From the NCBI GenBank assembly GCA_963704725.1, contig OY969934.1, positions 1,819,023 to 1,883,022 on the forward strand: 64,000 nt of DNA, written 5' to 3'. A program made the translations under genes and the position numbers. How positions within the stretch are numbered: the stretch's first letter is position 1; each line of letters opens with the position of its first letter. Below are positions 16,780 to 26,498 of this stretch, piece by piece. Under the pieces are notes generated by a model. The model had not been told where the DNA came from, did no database searches, and saw only the letters and a program-made list of their open reading frames with translations. The stretch comes from an uncultured Actinomycetes bacterium. Lineage in GTDB: Bacteria > Actinomycetota > UBA4738 > HRBIN12.

Positions 16780-17222
16780 GCCTCCCCGCCCGCCAGCTCC
16801 CCACCCCAGCCCCTCAGCGTCGAGCCCCAGCCAGGCCGACGAAGCGAGGAGACGGAGCGAAGCGCCCCCTGCGGAGCGAGGCTCCTCGGGGTACCACGCG
16901 AAGGCGCCGTAAGCACCAGCTTGGATTCGCCGTCTTCGCCTCCACCATCGTCGGCATGATGGTGCTCGCGATCGTCGTCCTGCACGTCCTGCTCGCCCAG
17001 CAGTCGTTCCGCATCGATGCCGCGGAGCAGCGCGTCGATGCGCTCACGCAGGCACGCCTGCGGCTGGTCACCGAGCAGGCCACCCTGTCCGCTCCCGGCC
17101 GGATCGCCGATTGGGCGTCCCGGCACGGCATGCGTCTCCCCGACGACATCCGGATCCTCCGCGCGCCGAACGGCCCGTCGGACCCGGCCGGGGCGGGCAC
17201 CGCATCCGGGGACGAGGGATAG
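16776..17222 (+). CDS. ftsL: FtsL-like cell division protein
   Basis: 148 aa. Basic N-terminus, one TM helix (FAVFASTIVGMMVLAIVVLHVLLA), then a coiled-coil-like segment. Position between rsmH and ftsI, with an ATGA overlap with rsmH. Confidence 0.65.
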   Translation: MSLPARQLPTPAPQRRAPARPTKRGDGAKRPLRSEAPRGTTRRRRKHQLGFAVFASTIVGMMVLAIVVLHVLLAQQSFRIDAAEQRVDALTQARLRLVTEQATLSAPGRIADWASRHGMRLPDDIRILRAPNGPSDPAGAGTASGDEG

Positions 17223-17225
17223 GCG

Positions 17226-18941
17226 ATGCCGCGGCCTCCGGTCGGGCGCCTGGTCGCCCTGCTCTGCGTCCTGTCGATCGCCTTCGGAGCGATCTTCATC
17301 CGGCTGTCCGTGCTCCAGGTCAGCCAGGCCGCCGACCTGCAGGCCCGGGCGGCGAGCGAGCGCATCACCACCGTCGACCTCCCGGCCCAGCGCGGCCGGA
17401 TCCTCGACCGGACCGGCGATCCGCTGGCGCTGTCGATGCCGGCGCGTGACGTCTACGCCAACCCCCACTTCGTCGTCGATGTGGAGGGGGCCGCCGCGAG
17501 GCTCTCGCCGGTGCTCGGGCAGCGCCCCCGCGCCCTGGTCGAGGAGCTCACCGCCGACACCACCTTCGTGTTCCTGGCCAGGCAGGTCGATCTCGACGTC
17601 GCGGATCGCATCGCGGACATGGACATCCCCGGGATCGGGTTCCTCCCGGTCAGCAAGCGCTACTACCCGGCCGGTCCCCTCGCCGGGCAGGTCCTGGGGT
17701 TCGTGAACGTCGACGGCGAGGGCATCGCCGGACTCGAGCTCCAGTACCAGAGCCTCCTGGCCGGGGTGCCCGGCGAGCGGAGCCAGGAGCTCGACCCCTC
17801 CGGACGTCCGATCGTCGGCGGCGTCGACGTCCAGCGGCCGCCGGTCGCCGGGTCCACGATCGAGACGACGATCGATCGCGAGCTCCAGTTCCAGGCGCAG
17901 GCGGCGCTGCGGGAGGCAGTGGAGTCCCAGCACGCGAGGGGTGGCACGGTCGTGGTGATGGACCCCCGCACCGGGGACGTCCTGGCCATGGCCAGCTATC
18001 CCTGGTTCGACCCCAATCACTTCTCGGAGGCCAACCCCGCCACGTACCGCAACCGGGCGGTCACCGACATGTTCGAGCCCGGATCGACGAACAAGGTGAT
18101 CACGGCGGCAGCCGCCGTCCAGGAGCACGCGCTGCCGCTCGACCAGCGCCTCGCGGTGCCCTGGACGATGCCGGTGGGGGAGTTCACGATCCACGACTCC
18201 CATCCCCACCCGGTCATGCGCATGACGCTCGGCGACATCATCGCGGAGTCGAGCAACATCGGCGCCGTGCAGGTGGCGAACCTCCTCGGCGCGGGGGACA
18301 TGGCGGCGTACCTGTCCCGATTCGGGATCGGACACCGGACGGGCATCGGGTTCCCCGGTGAGGCCGCCGGCCTCACGCTCCCGCTCTACGAGTGGACCGA
18401 CACGACCCTGGCCACGAGCGCCTACGGCCAGGGGCTGGCGGCGACCCTGCTGCAGATGGTCACGGTGTACGCCACGATCGCGAACGACGGACGGTGGGTG
18501 CAGCCGCGGCTCGTTCGCGCCACGATCGATCCCGACGGCACGCGACACGTCGCGGCGCCGTCCCCGACCCGCCGGGTCGTCTCGGCCGAGAACGCCGACA
18601 TGGTGAGCCGGATGCTCGCGTACGCCGTGGCCAACGGGACCGGGACGAACGCGCAGATCGCCGGATACCAGGTCGCCGGGAAGACCGGGACGGCGCGGAT
18701 CCCCAGGTCCGATGGCCCCGGCTACCTCGTCGGGCAGTACAAGGCCTCGTTCATCGGCTACCTGCCGGCGAGCGATCCCCGCGTGGTGATCGCCGCGGTC
18801 CTGGACCGGCCGGCCCAGGTCTACGGCGGGCTCGCCTCCGCCCCGCTGTTCCAGCGGGTGGCCCGGGCCGCCATCGCCCGCCTCGGCATCGAGCCGGCCG
18901 AGCCCCTGCCGCTGCCACCTCATGCGCTGCCGGTCCCATGA
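17226..18941 (+). CDS. ftsI: penicillin-binding protein / peptidoglycan D,D-transpeptidase FtsI
   Basis: 571 aa with an N-terminal TM helix and the STNK, SSN and KTGT motifs. Confidence 0.9.
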   Translation: MPRPPVGRLVALLCVLSIAFGAIFIRLSVLQVSQAADLQARAASERITTVDLPAQRGRILDRTGDPLALSMPARDVYANPHFVVDVEGAAARLSPVLGQRPRALVEELTADTTFVFLARQVDLDVADRIADMDIPGIGFLPVSKRYYPAGPLAGQVLGFVNVDGEGIAGLELQYQSLLAGVPGERSQELDPSGRPIVGGVDVQRPPVAGSTIETTIDRELQFQAQAALREAVESQHARGGTVVVMDPRTGDVLAMASYPWFDPNHFSEANPATYRNRAVTDMFEPGSTNKVITAAAAVQEHALPLDQRLAVPWTMPVGEFTIHDSHPHPVMRMTLGDIIAESSNIGAVQVANLLGAGDMAAYLSRFGIGHRTGIGFPGEAAGLTLPLYEWTDTTLATSAYGQGLAATLLQMVTVYATIANDGRWVQPRLVRATIDPDGTRHVAAPSPTRRVVSAENADMVSRMLAYAVANGTGTNAQIAGYQVAGKTGTARIPRSDGPGYLVGQYKASFIGYLPASDPRVVIAAVLDRPAQVYGGLASAPLFQRVARAAIARLGIEPAEPLPLPPHALPVP

Positions 18942-20452
18942 TCGGGCGCGCTCTGAGGGGCGGTGACCAGGCGGTAGGCTCCCTGTCCGTGGCCCCCCGC
19001 CCCCGCTCTGCGTCCCTGTCCGACCTGGTCGCGGACCTCCCCGACGCCGAGCTCCTCGGCGACGGTGCGGCAGCCGTGAGCCGGCTCGTCTACCGGTCCG
19101 AGGAGGCCGCTCCCGGTGCCCTGTTCTTCTGCATCCCCGGCACCCGCCTCGACGGGCACGACTACGCCGGTGACGCCGTGTCGCGGGGCGCGCTCGCGCT
19201 GGTCGTCGAGCGGCGACTCCCGCTCGACGTGGCACAGGTCCGGGTGGCGTCCGTTCGCGAGGCCATGGGACCGATCTCGGCCGCGTTCTACGGCCGGCCG
19301 GCGGAGCGGATGCGCCTGGTCGGCGTGACGGGGACGAGCGGCAAGACCACCGTGACGTACCTCCTCGAGGCCGTGTTCCGTTCGGCCGGGTGGAGGCCGG
19401 GGGTCATCGGGACGACCGGGGTGCGGATCGACGGCGACCCGGTGCCGCTCGCCCGGACCACGCCCGAGGCGCCGGACCTGCACGGCCTGCTCGCCGAGAT
19501 GCTCGATCGCGGCGTCGAGGCCGTGGCGATGGAGGTGTCCTCGCACGGGCTCGAGCAGCACCGGGTGGGGGGCCTGCGGTTCGGGGTGGCCGTGTTCACG
19601 AACCTGTCCCAGGACCATCTGGACTATCACCCCTCGATGGAGGCGTACCTCGCCGCGAAGGCCGCGCTGTTCACGTCCGTCTTTACCGACCGTGCCGTGG
19701 TGAACCACGACAGCCCCGAGGGACGCAGCCTCGTCGGCCGGGTGCCGACGATCACGTTCGGGATCGACGGGGGCGCCGACGTGCGGGCCACCGAGGTCGA
19801 GACGACGGCGGAGGGGATCCGCTTCCTCGCCGACGGGGTCCCCATCCGGTCCGCCCTGCGCGGCCTCTTCAACGTGGAGAACTGCCTGGCGGCCTTCACG
19901 ACGGGGCGGACCCTCGGTCTGGACGAGCGGGCCGTGGCCGAGGCGATCGGCTCGGTCCGGGGGGTTCCGGGCCGGCTCGAGTCCGTCGAGGCCGGTCAGG
20001 ACTTCCTGGTCCTCGTGGACTACGCGCACAAGCCGGACGGCGTCGAGAAGATGCTGCGGACGGCGCGGCCGCTCGCCACGGGGCGGCTCATCGTCGTGCT
20101 CGGGTGCGGGGGGGACCGCGACCGGGGGAAGCGACCGCTGATGGGCAGGGCCGCCACGGCGAACGCGGACCTGTCCGTGATCACGAGCGACAACCCGCGC
20201 AGCGAGGACCCGCTGACCATCATCGCCGAGATCGTGCCCGGAGCCCAACAGGGTGGCGGCCGGTACGTGATCGAGCCCGATCGCCGCGCGGCGATCCACC
20301 TGGCGCTGGCCGAGGCGGGAGCCGGCGACGTGGTCGTGATCGCCGGCAAGGGGCACGAGACCTCTCAGGAGCTTGCCGACCGCACGATCCCGTTCGACGA
20401 CCGCGACGTGGCCGTCGAGGAGCTCCGAGCGCTGGGCCGGGTGCCGGCGTGA
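18938..20452 (+). CDS. murE: UDP-N-acetylmuramoyl-tripeptide synthetase MurE
   Basis: ATG at 18938 overlaps the ftsI stop. Motifs: GVTGTSGKTT and DNPRSEDP. Expected dcw order. Confidence 0.9.
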   Translation: MIGRALRGGDQAVGSLSVAPRPRSASLSDLVADLPDAELLGDGAAAVSRLVYRSEEAAPGALFFCIPGTRLDGHDYAGDAVSRGALALVVERRLPLDVAQVRVASVREAMGPISAAFYGRPAERMRLVGVTGTSGKTTVTYLLEAVFRSAGWRPGVIGTTGVRIDGDPVPLARTTPEAPDLHGLLAEMLDRGVEAVAMEVSSHGLEQHRVGGLRFGVAVFTNLSQDHLDYHPSMEAYLAAKAALFTSVFTDRAVVNHDSPEGRSLVGRVPTITFGIDGGADVRATEVETTAEGIRFLADGVPIRSALRGLFNVENCLAAFTTGRTLGLDERAVAEAIGSVRGVPGRLESVEAGQDFLVLVDYAHKPDGVEKMLRTARPLATGRLIVVLGCGGDRDRGKRPLMGRAATANADLSVITSDNPRSEDPLTIIAEIVPGAQQGGGRYVIEPDRRAAIHLALAEAGAGDVVVIAGKGHETSQELADRTIPFDDRDVAVEELRALGRVPA

Positions 20453-21813
20453 TCGCCCGGGCGCTGTCCGAGCTCGCGGCGGCCGTGGACGGCCGGCTGC
20501 GCGGCCAGGATCGGGTCGCGACGTCGGTGGCGACCGACACGCGACGGCTCGAGCCCGGCGCGCTCTTCGTGGCGCTTCGCGGTGAGCGGGCGGACGGCCA
20601 CGCCTACGTCGGGGCCGCGTTCGAGGGGGGCGCCGTGGGCGCGCTGGTCGAGCGGCCCGACGGCGACCTCGGGCCGGCGATCGAGGTGCCGGACACCGGC
20701 CGGGCCCTGTTGGAGCTCGGGGCGGACGAACGCCGGCGCATGCCGACGGCGACGGTGGTCGGCATCACGGGGGCAAACGGCAAGACGTCGACGAAGGACC
20801 TCGCGGCCGCCGTGCTGGGGACGCGGTTCCGCACCCACGCCAGCCCGGCGTCGTTCAACAACGAGATCGGCGTCCCCATGACGCTGCTCGGGACGGAACC
20901 CGGCGCCGAGGTCGTGGTGGTCGAGCTCGGCGCGCGGCGGGAGGGGGACGTGGCGGCGCTCTGCGAGCTGGCCCGGCCGAGCGTCGTCGCGGTGACGAAC
21001 ATCGGGGTCGCGCATCTGGGGATCTTCGGTTCGTGGGAGGCGATCGTCCGTGCCGGCGCGGAACCGCTGGCGCGACTCGGCCCCGACGACGTCGCGATCC
21101 TGAACGCCGACGACCCGGTCGTTCGGGGGTACGAAGCGACGACGCGGGCCCGGGTCATCACGTTCGGGGTCGATGCCGACGCCGACGTGCGGGGATCGGG
21201 GGTCGCGATGGGCGACGACGGCCGGGCGAGCTTCACCCTCGAGGCCGGGGACGAGCGCGAGCGCGTCGAGCTGGCGGTCCCGGGCGAGCACATGGTGCCG
21301 AATGCCCTCGCCGCCGCGGCCTGTGGGACCGCGCTCGGGCTCTCGACGGCGGAGTGCGCGGTCGCGCTCAAGGGGGCGAAGGTCTCCGCGTGGCGGATGG
21401 AGACGTTCACGACCGCCGCCGGCACGACGATCCTGAACGACGCCTACAACGCGAACCCGGAGTCGATGGCGGCGGGGCTGAAGACCGCCCGGTGGATCGC
21501 CCGCGCCGGCCGGCTGGCGGCCGTCCTGGGGCACATGGCCGAGCTCGGTCCGATCGCGTTCGACGAGCACGAGCGGCTCGGCGAGCTCGTGGTCCGCATC
21601 GGTGTCGAGCGGCTGGTCACCGTGGGCGACGAGGCCGAGGCGATCGCGCGCGCCGCGATCCGCGAGGGCCTGCTCCCCGGCGACGTCGCCGTCTGCGCCA
21701 ATGCCGCCGAGGCCGTGACCGATATCGAGTCGTGGGCTCGCGACGGCGACGTCGTGCTGATCAAAGGGTCCCGGGTCGTCGGACTGGAGCGCGTGGCGGA
21801 GGCGCTGCGATGA
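20449..21813 (+). CDS. murF: UDP-MurNAc-pentapeptide synthetase MurF
   Basis: GTG at 20449 overlaps the murE stop (GTGA). Motifs: GITGANGKTSTKD and NDAYNANPESM. Confidence 0.9.
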   Translation: MIARALSELAAAVDGRLRGQDRVATSVATDTRRLEPGALFVALRGERADGHAYVGAAFEGGAVGALVERPDGDLGPAIEVPDTGRALLELGADERRRMPTATVVGITGANGKTSTKDLAAAVLGTRFRTHASPASFNNEIGVPMTLLGTEPGAEVVVVELGARREGDVAALCELARPSVVAVTNIGVAHLGIFGSWEAIVRAGAEPLARLGPDDVAILNADDPVVRGYEATTRARVITFGVDADADVRGSGVAMGDDGRASFTLEAGDERERVELAVPGEHMVPNALAAAACGTALGLSTAECAVALKGAKVSAWRMETFTTAAGTTILNDAYNANPESMAAGLKTARWIARAGRLAAVLGHMAELGPIAFDEHERLGELVVRIGVERLVTVGDEAEAIARAAIREGLLPGDVAVCANAAEAVTDIESWARDGDVVLIKGSRVVGLERVAEALR

Positions 21814-22862
21814 GACAGATCCTCATCGCGGCGGCCGTCGGGCTCGCGGTGACCCTGCTCGGGACGCCGTTCGCGATCCGCGCGTTCCGCCTGTGGGGCT
21901 GGGGGCAGCGGATCCGCGAGGACGGGCCGCACACGCATCTGGAGAAGATGGGGACGCCCACGATGGGTGGCATCGTCATGCTGATCGGCATCGTCGCGGC
22001 CTACCTGGTCACGCGCATCGTCTTCCACACGGTGACCGCGGCCGGCCTGGCCGTCCTGCTCGCGACGATCCTGTTCGGCGTCCTCGGGTTCGTCGACGAC
22101 TACATCAAGGTCCGCCGGAGGCGGTCATTGGGGCTGTCCAAGACGGCGAAGTCGATCGGGCAGGCCGTGGTCGCGGTCGTGTTCGGGATCATCGCGGTCC
22201 AGGCCGCCGACGTCCCCACCGCCCTGTCGTTCGTGCGGGAGACGGGGTTCGACCTCGGCGTCGTGTTCTACGTGTGGGTGTTCGTGATCCTGTGGGGGTC
22301 CTCCAACGGCGTGAACCTCACCGACGGCCTGGACGGGCTCGCGTCGGGCTCGTCGATCCTGGTGCTGTCCGGCTACGTGTTCATCGCGTTCTGGCAGTTC
22401 CGGCACACGTGCGCGCTCGTCCCGGGAGACGCGTGCTACGGGGTCGATGTGAACGCCGCGCTCGACACCGCGATCATCGCCGCCGCAGCGGCCGGGGCGG
22501 CGGCCGGGTTCCTGTGGTGGAACGCGGCCCCCGCGCGCATCTTCATGGGCGACACCGGCGCGCTCGCGCTGGGCGGCCTCATCGGCGCGCTCGCCATCGT
22601 GACGAACACCCAGCTCCTGCTGATCATCCTGGGCGGCCTGTTCGTGATCGAGACCACCTCGGTGATGGCGCAGGTGATCGCGTTCCGCGGGTTCGGCCGG
22701 CGCATCTTCCGCATGTCGCCGATCCACCATCACTTCGAGCTGGCAGGCTGGCCCGAGTTCACGGTGATCGTCCGCTTCTGGATCGTCACGGGGCTCTGCG
22801 TGGCCGTGGGGATCGGCCTGTTCTACACGGACTTCGTGGCCCGCGGAGGTGGGACGGGATGA
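21810..22862 (+). CDS. mraY: phospho-N-acetylmuramoyl-pentapeptide transferase MraY
   Basis: ATG at 21810 overlaps the murF stop. Polytopic membrane protein with KMGTPTMGG, NGVNLTDGLDGLA and MGDTGALALGG. Confidence 0.95.
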   Translation: MRQILIAAAVGLAVTLLGTPFAIRAFRLWGWGQRIREDGPHTHLEKMGTPTMGGIVMLIGIVAAYLVTRIVFHTVTAAGLAVLLATILFGVLGFVDDYIKVRRRRSLGLSKTAKSIGQAVVAVVFGIIAVQAADVPTALSFVRETGFDLGVVFYVWVFVILWGSSNGVNLTDGLDGLASGSSILVLSGYVFIAFWQFRHTCALVPGDACYGVDVNAALDTAIIAAAAAGAAAGFLWWNAAPARIFMGDTGALALGGLIGALAIVTNTQLLLIILGGLFVIETTSVMAQVIAFRGFGRRIFRMSPIHHHFELAGWPEFTVIVRFWIVTGLCVAVGIGLFYTDFVARGGGTG

Positions 22863-24196
22863 CCGGCGCGTTCGCGGGAGAGCGGGCCGTCGTCGTGGGA
22901 CTCGGCGTGGCCGGCGCCGCGGCCGCCCGCGTCCTGGCCGAGGAGGGTGCCCGGGTCTGGGTCACCGAGACCCGGCCCGACGTCGAGATCCCGGCGGAGC
23001 TCACGGCGCTCGGGATCGAGGTGGCCGCCGGAGGGCACGAGGTCGCCCACCTCGACGGCGCGACGCTCGTGGTGGTGAGCCCGGGCGTGGCGCCGAGCGC
23101 CCCGATCGTGGCGTGGGCACGGGAGCAGGGGCTGCCGGTTTGGGGGGAGCTCGAGCTCGGGGCGCGCCTGGCGCGCGCGCCGTACCTCGCCGTGACCGGG
23201 ACGAACGGCAAGACCACAACGACCGGGATGATCGCCGCCTGCCTCCGCGCCGCCGGCGTCGACGCCGTGGCGTGCGGGAACATCGGGCGTGCCTTCCCCG
23301 CGGCCGCGCGCGAGGAGCACGAGGCGCTCGTGGTCGAGTGCTCCTCGTTCCAGCTCGAGACGCAGGTGACGTTTCACCCGCGCGTGTCGGTGCTCCTGAA
23401 CGTCGCGGCCGATCACCTCGACTGGCACGGGTCCTTCGAGCGCTACGTGGCCGCCAAGGCCCGGGTGTTCGCCAACCAGGACGACGGCGACGCGCACGTC
23501 GGCAACCGGGACGACGGCCGCGCCGCAGCGCTCTCGCGGAGCGCGCCGTGCGCGACCACGTGGTTCACGCTCGGCGAGCCGGCGGATGGCGAGGTCGGGT
23601 TCGCGGGCGAGGCGATGCTGGCTCCGGGCCGGAGCGAGGAGACGATCGGCGCGCTCCCGTTCGACACGCCGGCGATGCGGGCCGACGCCGCCGCCTGCGC
23701 CGCCGCCTGTTTCGCGTTCGGCGTCGGGACCGAGGCGATCCGCACCGGGCTGGCCGCGTTCGTGCCGGCCCGGCACCGGGGAGAGAGGGTCGCCGTCGCC
23801 GGCGGCGTTCGGTTCGTCGACAACTCCAAGGCGACGAACCCCCACGCCACCCTGGCCGCGGTCGGCGCCGGGCGGGGGGTCGTGCTGATCGCCGGCGGAG
23901 ACGCCAAGGGCGTCGACCTGTCGCCGATCGGGGCGCTCGCTGACCGGCTGGCCGGCGTCGTGGCGATCGGGGCCTCGGGGGCCGAGGTGGTCGGCCTGTT
24001 CGACGGGCGGGTGCCGACCCGCAAGGCGGGGTCGATCGAGGAGGCGGCGCGGACCGCCTTCGAGCTCGCCCCGCCGGACGGCACCGTGCTGCTCGCCCCG
24101 GCCTGTGCGAGCTGGGACATGTTCCGCGACTACGAGGAGCGGGGCGACCGGTTCGCGGCCGAGGCGAGGGCGATCGAGCGGGAGGTGCGCCGGTGA
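22859..24196 (+). CDS. murD: UDP-MurNAc-L-alanine:D-glutamate ligase MurD
   Basis: ATG at 22859 overlaps the mraY stop. Motifs: VVVGLGVAG and AVTGTNGKTTT. Confidence 0.9.
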   Translation: MTGAFAGERAVVVGLGVAGAAAARVLAEEGARVWVTETRPDVEIPAELTALGIEVAAGGHEVAHLDGATLVVVSPGVAPSAPIVAWAREQGLPVWGELELGARLARAPYLAVTGTNGKTTTTGMIAACLRAAGVDAVACGNIGRAFPAAAREEHEALVVECSSFQLETQVTFHPRVSVLLNVAADHLDWHGSFERYVAAKARVFANQDDGDAHVGNRDDGRAAALSRSAPCATTWFTLGEPADGEVGFAGEAMLAPGRSEETIGALPFDTPAMRADAAACAAACFAFGVGTEAIRTGLAAFVPARHRGERVAVAGGVRFVDNSKATNPHATLAAVGAGRGVVLIAGGDAKGVDLSPIGALADRLAGVVAIGASGAEVVGLFDGRVPTRKAGSIEEAARTAFELAPPDGTVLLAPACASWDMFRDYEERGDRFAAEARAIEREVRR

Positions 24197-25404
24197 GCGC
24201 CGAGGCGCTTCCGGCTGGGCGCCCCCGGCATCTGCGGGTCGTCCGCGACCGCGTCGTCGGCGGGACGTCGCGTAGCCGGGCGGCCACGCGGCGGACGCTG
24301 GCGCTGCTCCTGGGCTCCACGGCGTTCCTCGTCGCCGGCGGCCTGATCATGGTGCTGTCCGCGAGCTCCATCTCGGCGTTCGCCGAACACGGCGATTCCT
24401 TCCGGTACTTCCAGCGGCAGGCGGCCTATGCGCTCGTGGGCGTCGGCGCGCTGTGGCTCACCTCGCGGATGCGCTACGACGTCTGGCGCCGGCTCGCGCT
24501 GCCGTTCCTCGCACTCACCCTGGCCATGCTCGTGCTCGTCCTGCATCCCGCCTCCGGGGTCGAGGTCTACGGCGCGTCGCGGTGGTTCCAGCTCGGCCCC
24601 GTGACGGTGCAGCCGTCCGAGATCGCGAAGCTGTGCCTCGTCGTGTTCGCGGCGGCCGTGCTGTCGAAGAAGTGGGGGAAGCTGGACGAGGTGGGCCACC
24701 TGGCGGTGCCGCTGCTGCCCGTCGGGCTGCTCGTGTGCGGCCTCGTCATGCTGCAGCCGGACCTCGGCACCACCGTGGTGATCGCGGGGTCCATCCTGCT
24801 GCTGCTGTTCGTGGCGGGGGTCCGGCTCCGGTACCTGACGGTGGCGGGCGTGGTGGGTTCCCTGGTGGGGATGGCGCTGATCCTGTCCGCCGACTACCGA
24901 CGGGAGCGGTTCCTGGCCTTCCTGCATCCGTGGCAGGACGCGAGGGACAGCGGCTGGCAGCTCGCCCAGTCGCTGATCGCGTTGGGGTCCGGGGGGCTCA
25001 CCGGCGTCGGACTCGGCGCGTCCCGCGCCAAGTGGCAGTACGTCCCGAACGCCCACACCGACTTCATCTTCTCGATCCTCGGCGAGGAGCTCGGGCTGAT
25101 CGGCGAGGTCGTCGTGCTCGCGGCGTTCGCCGCCTTCATCTTCGCTGGGATCCGCATCGCCGCCGGCGCCCGCGACGTGTTCGGCCGCCTGCTCGCGGCC
25201 GGCGTCGTGTGCTGGTTCGGCCTCCAGACGCTCGTGAACCTGGGCGCCGTGACCGGGCTCCTGCCGATCACCGGCGTGCCCCTGCCGTTCCTGTCCTACG
25301 GCGGGTCCTCGCTCGTGGTCTCGCTGGCGGCCGTGGGCATCCTCGTCAACATCGCGCGCGCGCCGGCGCCGGCCGCACACAAGGGGAGGGCACGGGCGGC
25401 GTGA
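24193..25404 (+). CDS. ftsW: SEDS-family peptidoglycan glycosyltransferase FtsW
   Basis: 403-aa polytopic protein (QPSEIAKL, PNAHTDFIFSILGEELG, PLPFLSYGGSS). GTGA overlap with murD. Confidence 0.9.
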   Translation: MSAEALPAGRPRHLRVVRDRVVGGTSRSRAATRRTLALLLGSTAFLVAGGLIMVLSASSISAFAEHGDSFRYFQRQAAYALVGVGALWLTSRMRYDVWRRLALPFLALTLAMLVLVLHPASGVEVYGASRWFQLGPVTVQPSEIAKLCLVVFAAAVLSKKWGKLDEVGHLAVPLLPVGLLVCGLVMLQPDLGTTVVIAGSILLLLFVAGVRLRYLTVAGVVGSLVGMALILSADYRRERFLAFLHPWQDARDSGWQLAQSLIALGSGGLTGVGLGASRAKWQYVPNAHTDFIFSILGEELGLIGEVVVLAAFAAFIFAGIRIAAGARDVFGRLLAAGVVCWFGLQTLVNLGAVTGLLPITGVPLPFLSYGGSSLVVSLAAVGILVNIARAPAPAAHKGRARAA

Positions 25405-26498
25405 GGGTCCTGATCGCGGGGGGCGGAACGGCGGGGCACGTCTTCCCCGGCCTGGCGGTCGCGCGGCACCTCGCCGCTCTCGGCCACGACGTGCGCTTCG
25501 CCGGCACGGCGGCAGGCCAGGAGGCTCGTCTGGTCCCCGCGGCCGGGTTCGAGCTCGCCGAGGTCGAGGCGGCCCCGCTCGTGCGCAAGCTCTCCGTCCG
25601 CTCCGCGATGGCGCCGGTCGTCGCCGCGCGGTCGGTCGGCCGGTGCCGCCCCCTCGTCGAGTCCGCCGACGTCGTCCTCGGCATGGGCGGCTACGTCAGC
25701 GTGCCCGTGGCGCTCGCGGCGATCCGCGCCCGCCGCCCCCTGGTCCTGCACGAGCAGAACGCGGTTCCGGGGTTGGCGAACCGGACGTTGGCGCGCCCGG
25801 CTCGAGCCGTGGCCGTGGCGTTCGCGGCGGCGGCTCGGGGGTTCCCCCGGCGAGCCCGAACCGTGGTGACCGGCAACCCCGTCCGCGAGGACGTCCTGGC
25901 CGTGCCGGTGGAACGCGAGCGACTGGCGAAGGAGGCGGCGACCGAGCTGGAGCTCGACCCCGACCTTCGGACGGTCGTCGTCTTCGGAGGGAGCCAGGGG
26001 GCCCTGCACCTGAACCGCGCGTTCGTCGAGGCGGTCCGTGGCCTCGCCCGGCGCGACGTGCAGCTGCTGCTGCTGGCCGGACCCGCGCACGCCGACGCCA
26101 TCCGGGCGGCGATCTCCTCGGAGGTCCCGGTGCGTGTGCTCGCGTTCCTCGAGCGCATGGACCTCGCGTACGCGATCGCCGACCTCGTGGTGGCGCGGGC
26201 GGGAGCGACCACCGTCGCGGAGGTGTCCGTCTGCGGCATCCCCTCGATCCTGATCCCGTATCCGTACGCGACCGGCCGGCATCAGGAGGCGAACGCTCGG
26301 GTGCTCCAGCGCGCCGGCGCCGCGTCGATCCTCATGGACGACGACCTGGACGGGGCGGTTTTGGCCGAACGCGTCGAAGCGATGCTCGACGACGAGGCCG
26401 GCCTGCGGGCGATGGGCCGGCGCGCAGCGGAGTGGTCCCGGCCGGACGCCGCGACGGCGGTGGGAGAGGTCGTGCTGAACGCGGGGGCGGCGGGATGA
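25401..26498 (+). CDS. murG: lipid II synthase MurG
   Basis: GTG at 25401 overlaps the ftsW stop. N-terminus VLIAGGGTAGHVFPGLAV; also HQEANA. Confidence 0.9.
   Translation: MRVLIAGGGTAGHVFPGLAVARHLAALGHDVRFAGTAAGQEARLVPAAGFELAEVEAAPLVRKLSVRSAMAPVVAARSVGRCRPLVESADVVLGMGGYVSVPVALAAIRARRPLVLHEQNAVPGLANRTLARPARAVAVAFAAAARGFPRRARTVVTGNPVREDVLAVPVERERLAKEAATELELDPDLRTVVVFGGSQGALHLNRAFVEAVRGLARRDVQLLLLAGPAHADAIRAAISSEVPVRVLAFLERMDLAYAIADLVVARAGATTVAEVSVCGIPSILIPYPYATGRHQEANARVLQRAGAASILMDDDLDGAVLAERVEAMLDDEAGLRAMGRRAAEWSRPDAATAVGEVVLNAGAAG

Noticed and set aside
16614-19235. 873-aa minus-strand ORF
   Set aside because: It is antisense to rsmH, ftsL and ftsI, which all have strong motif support.
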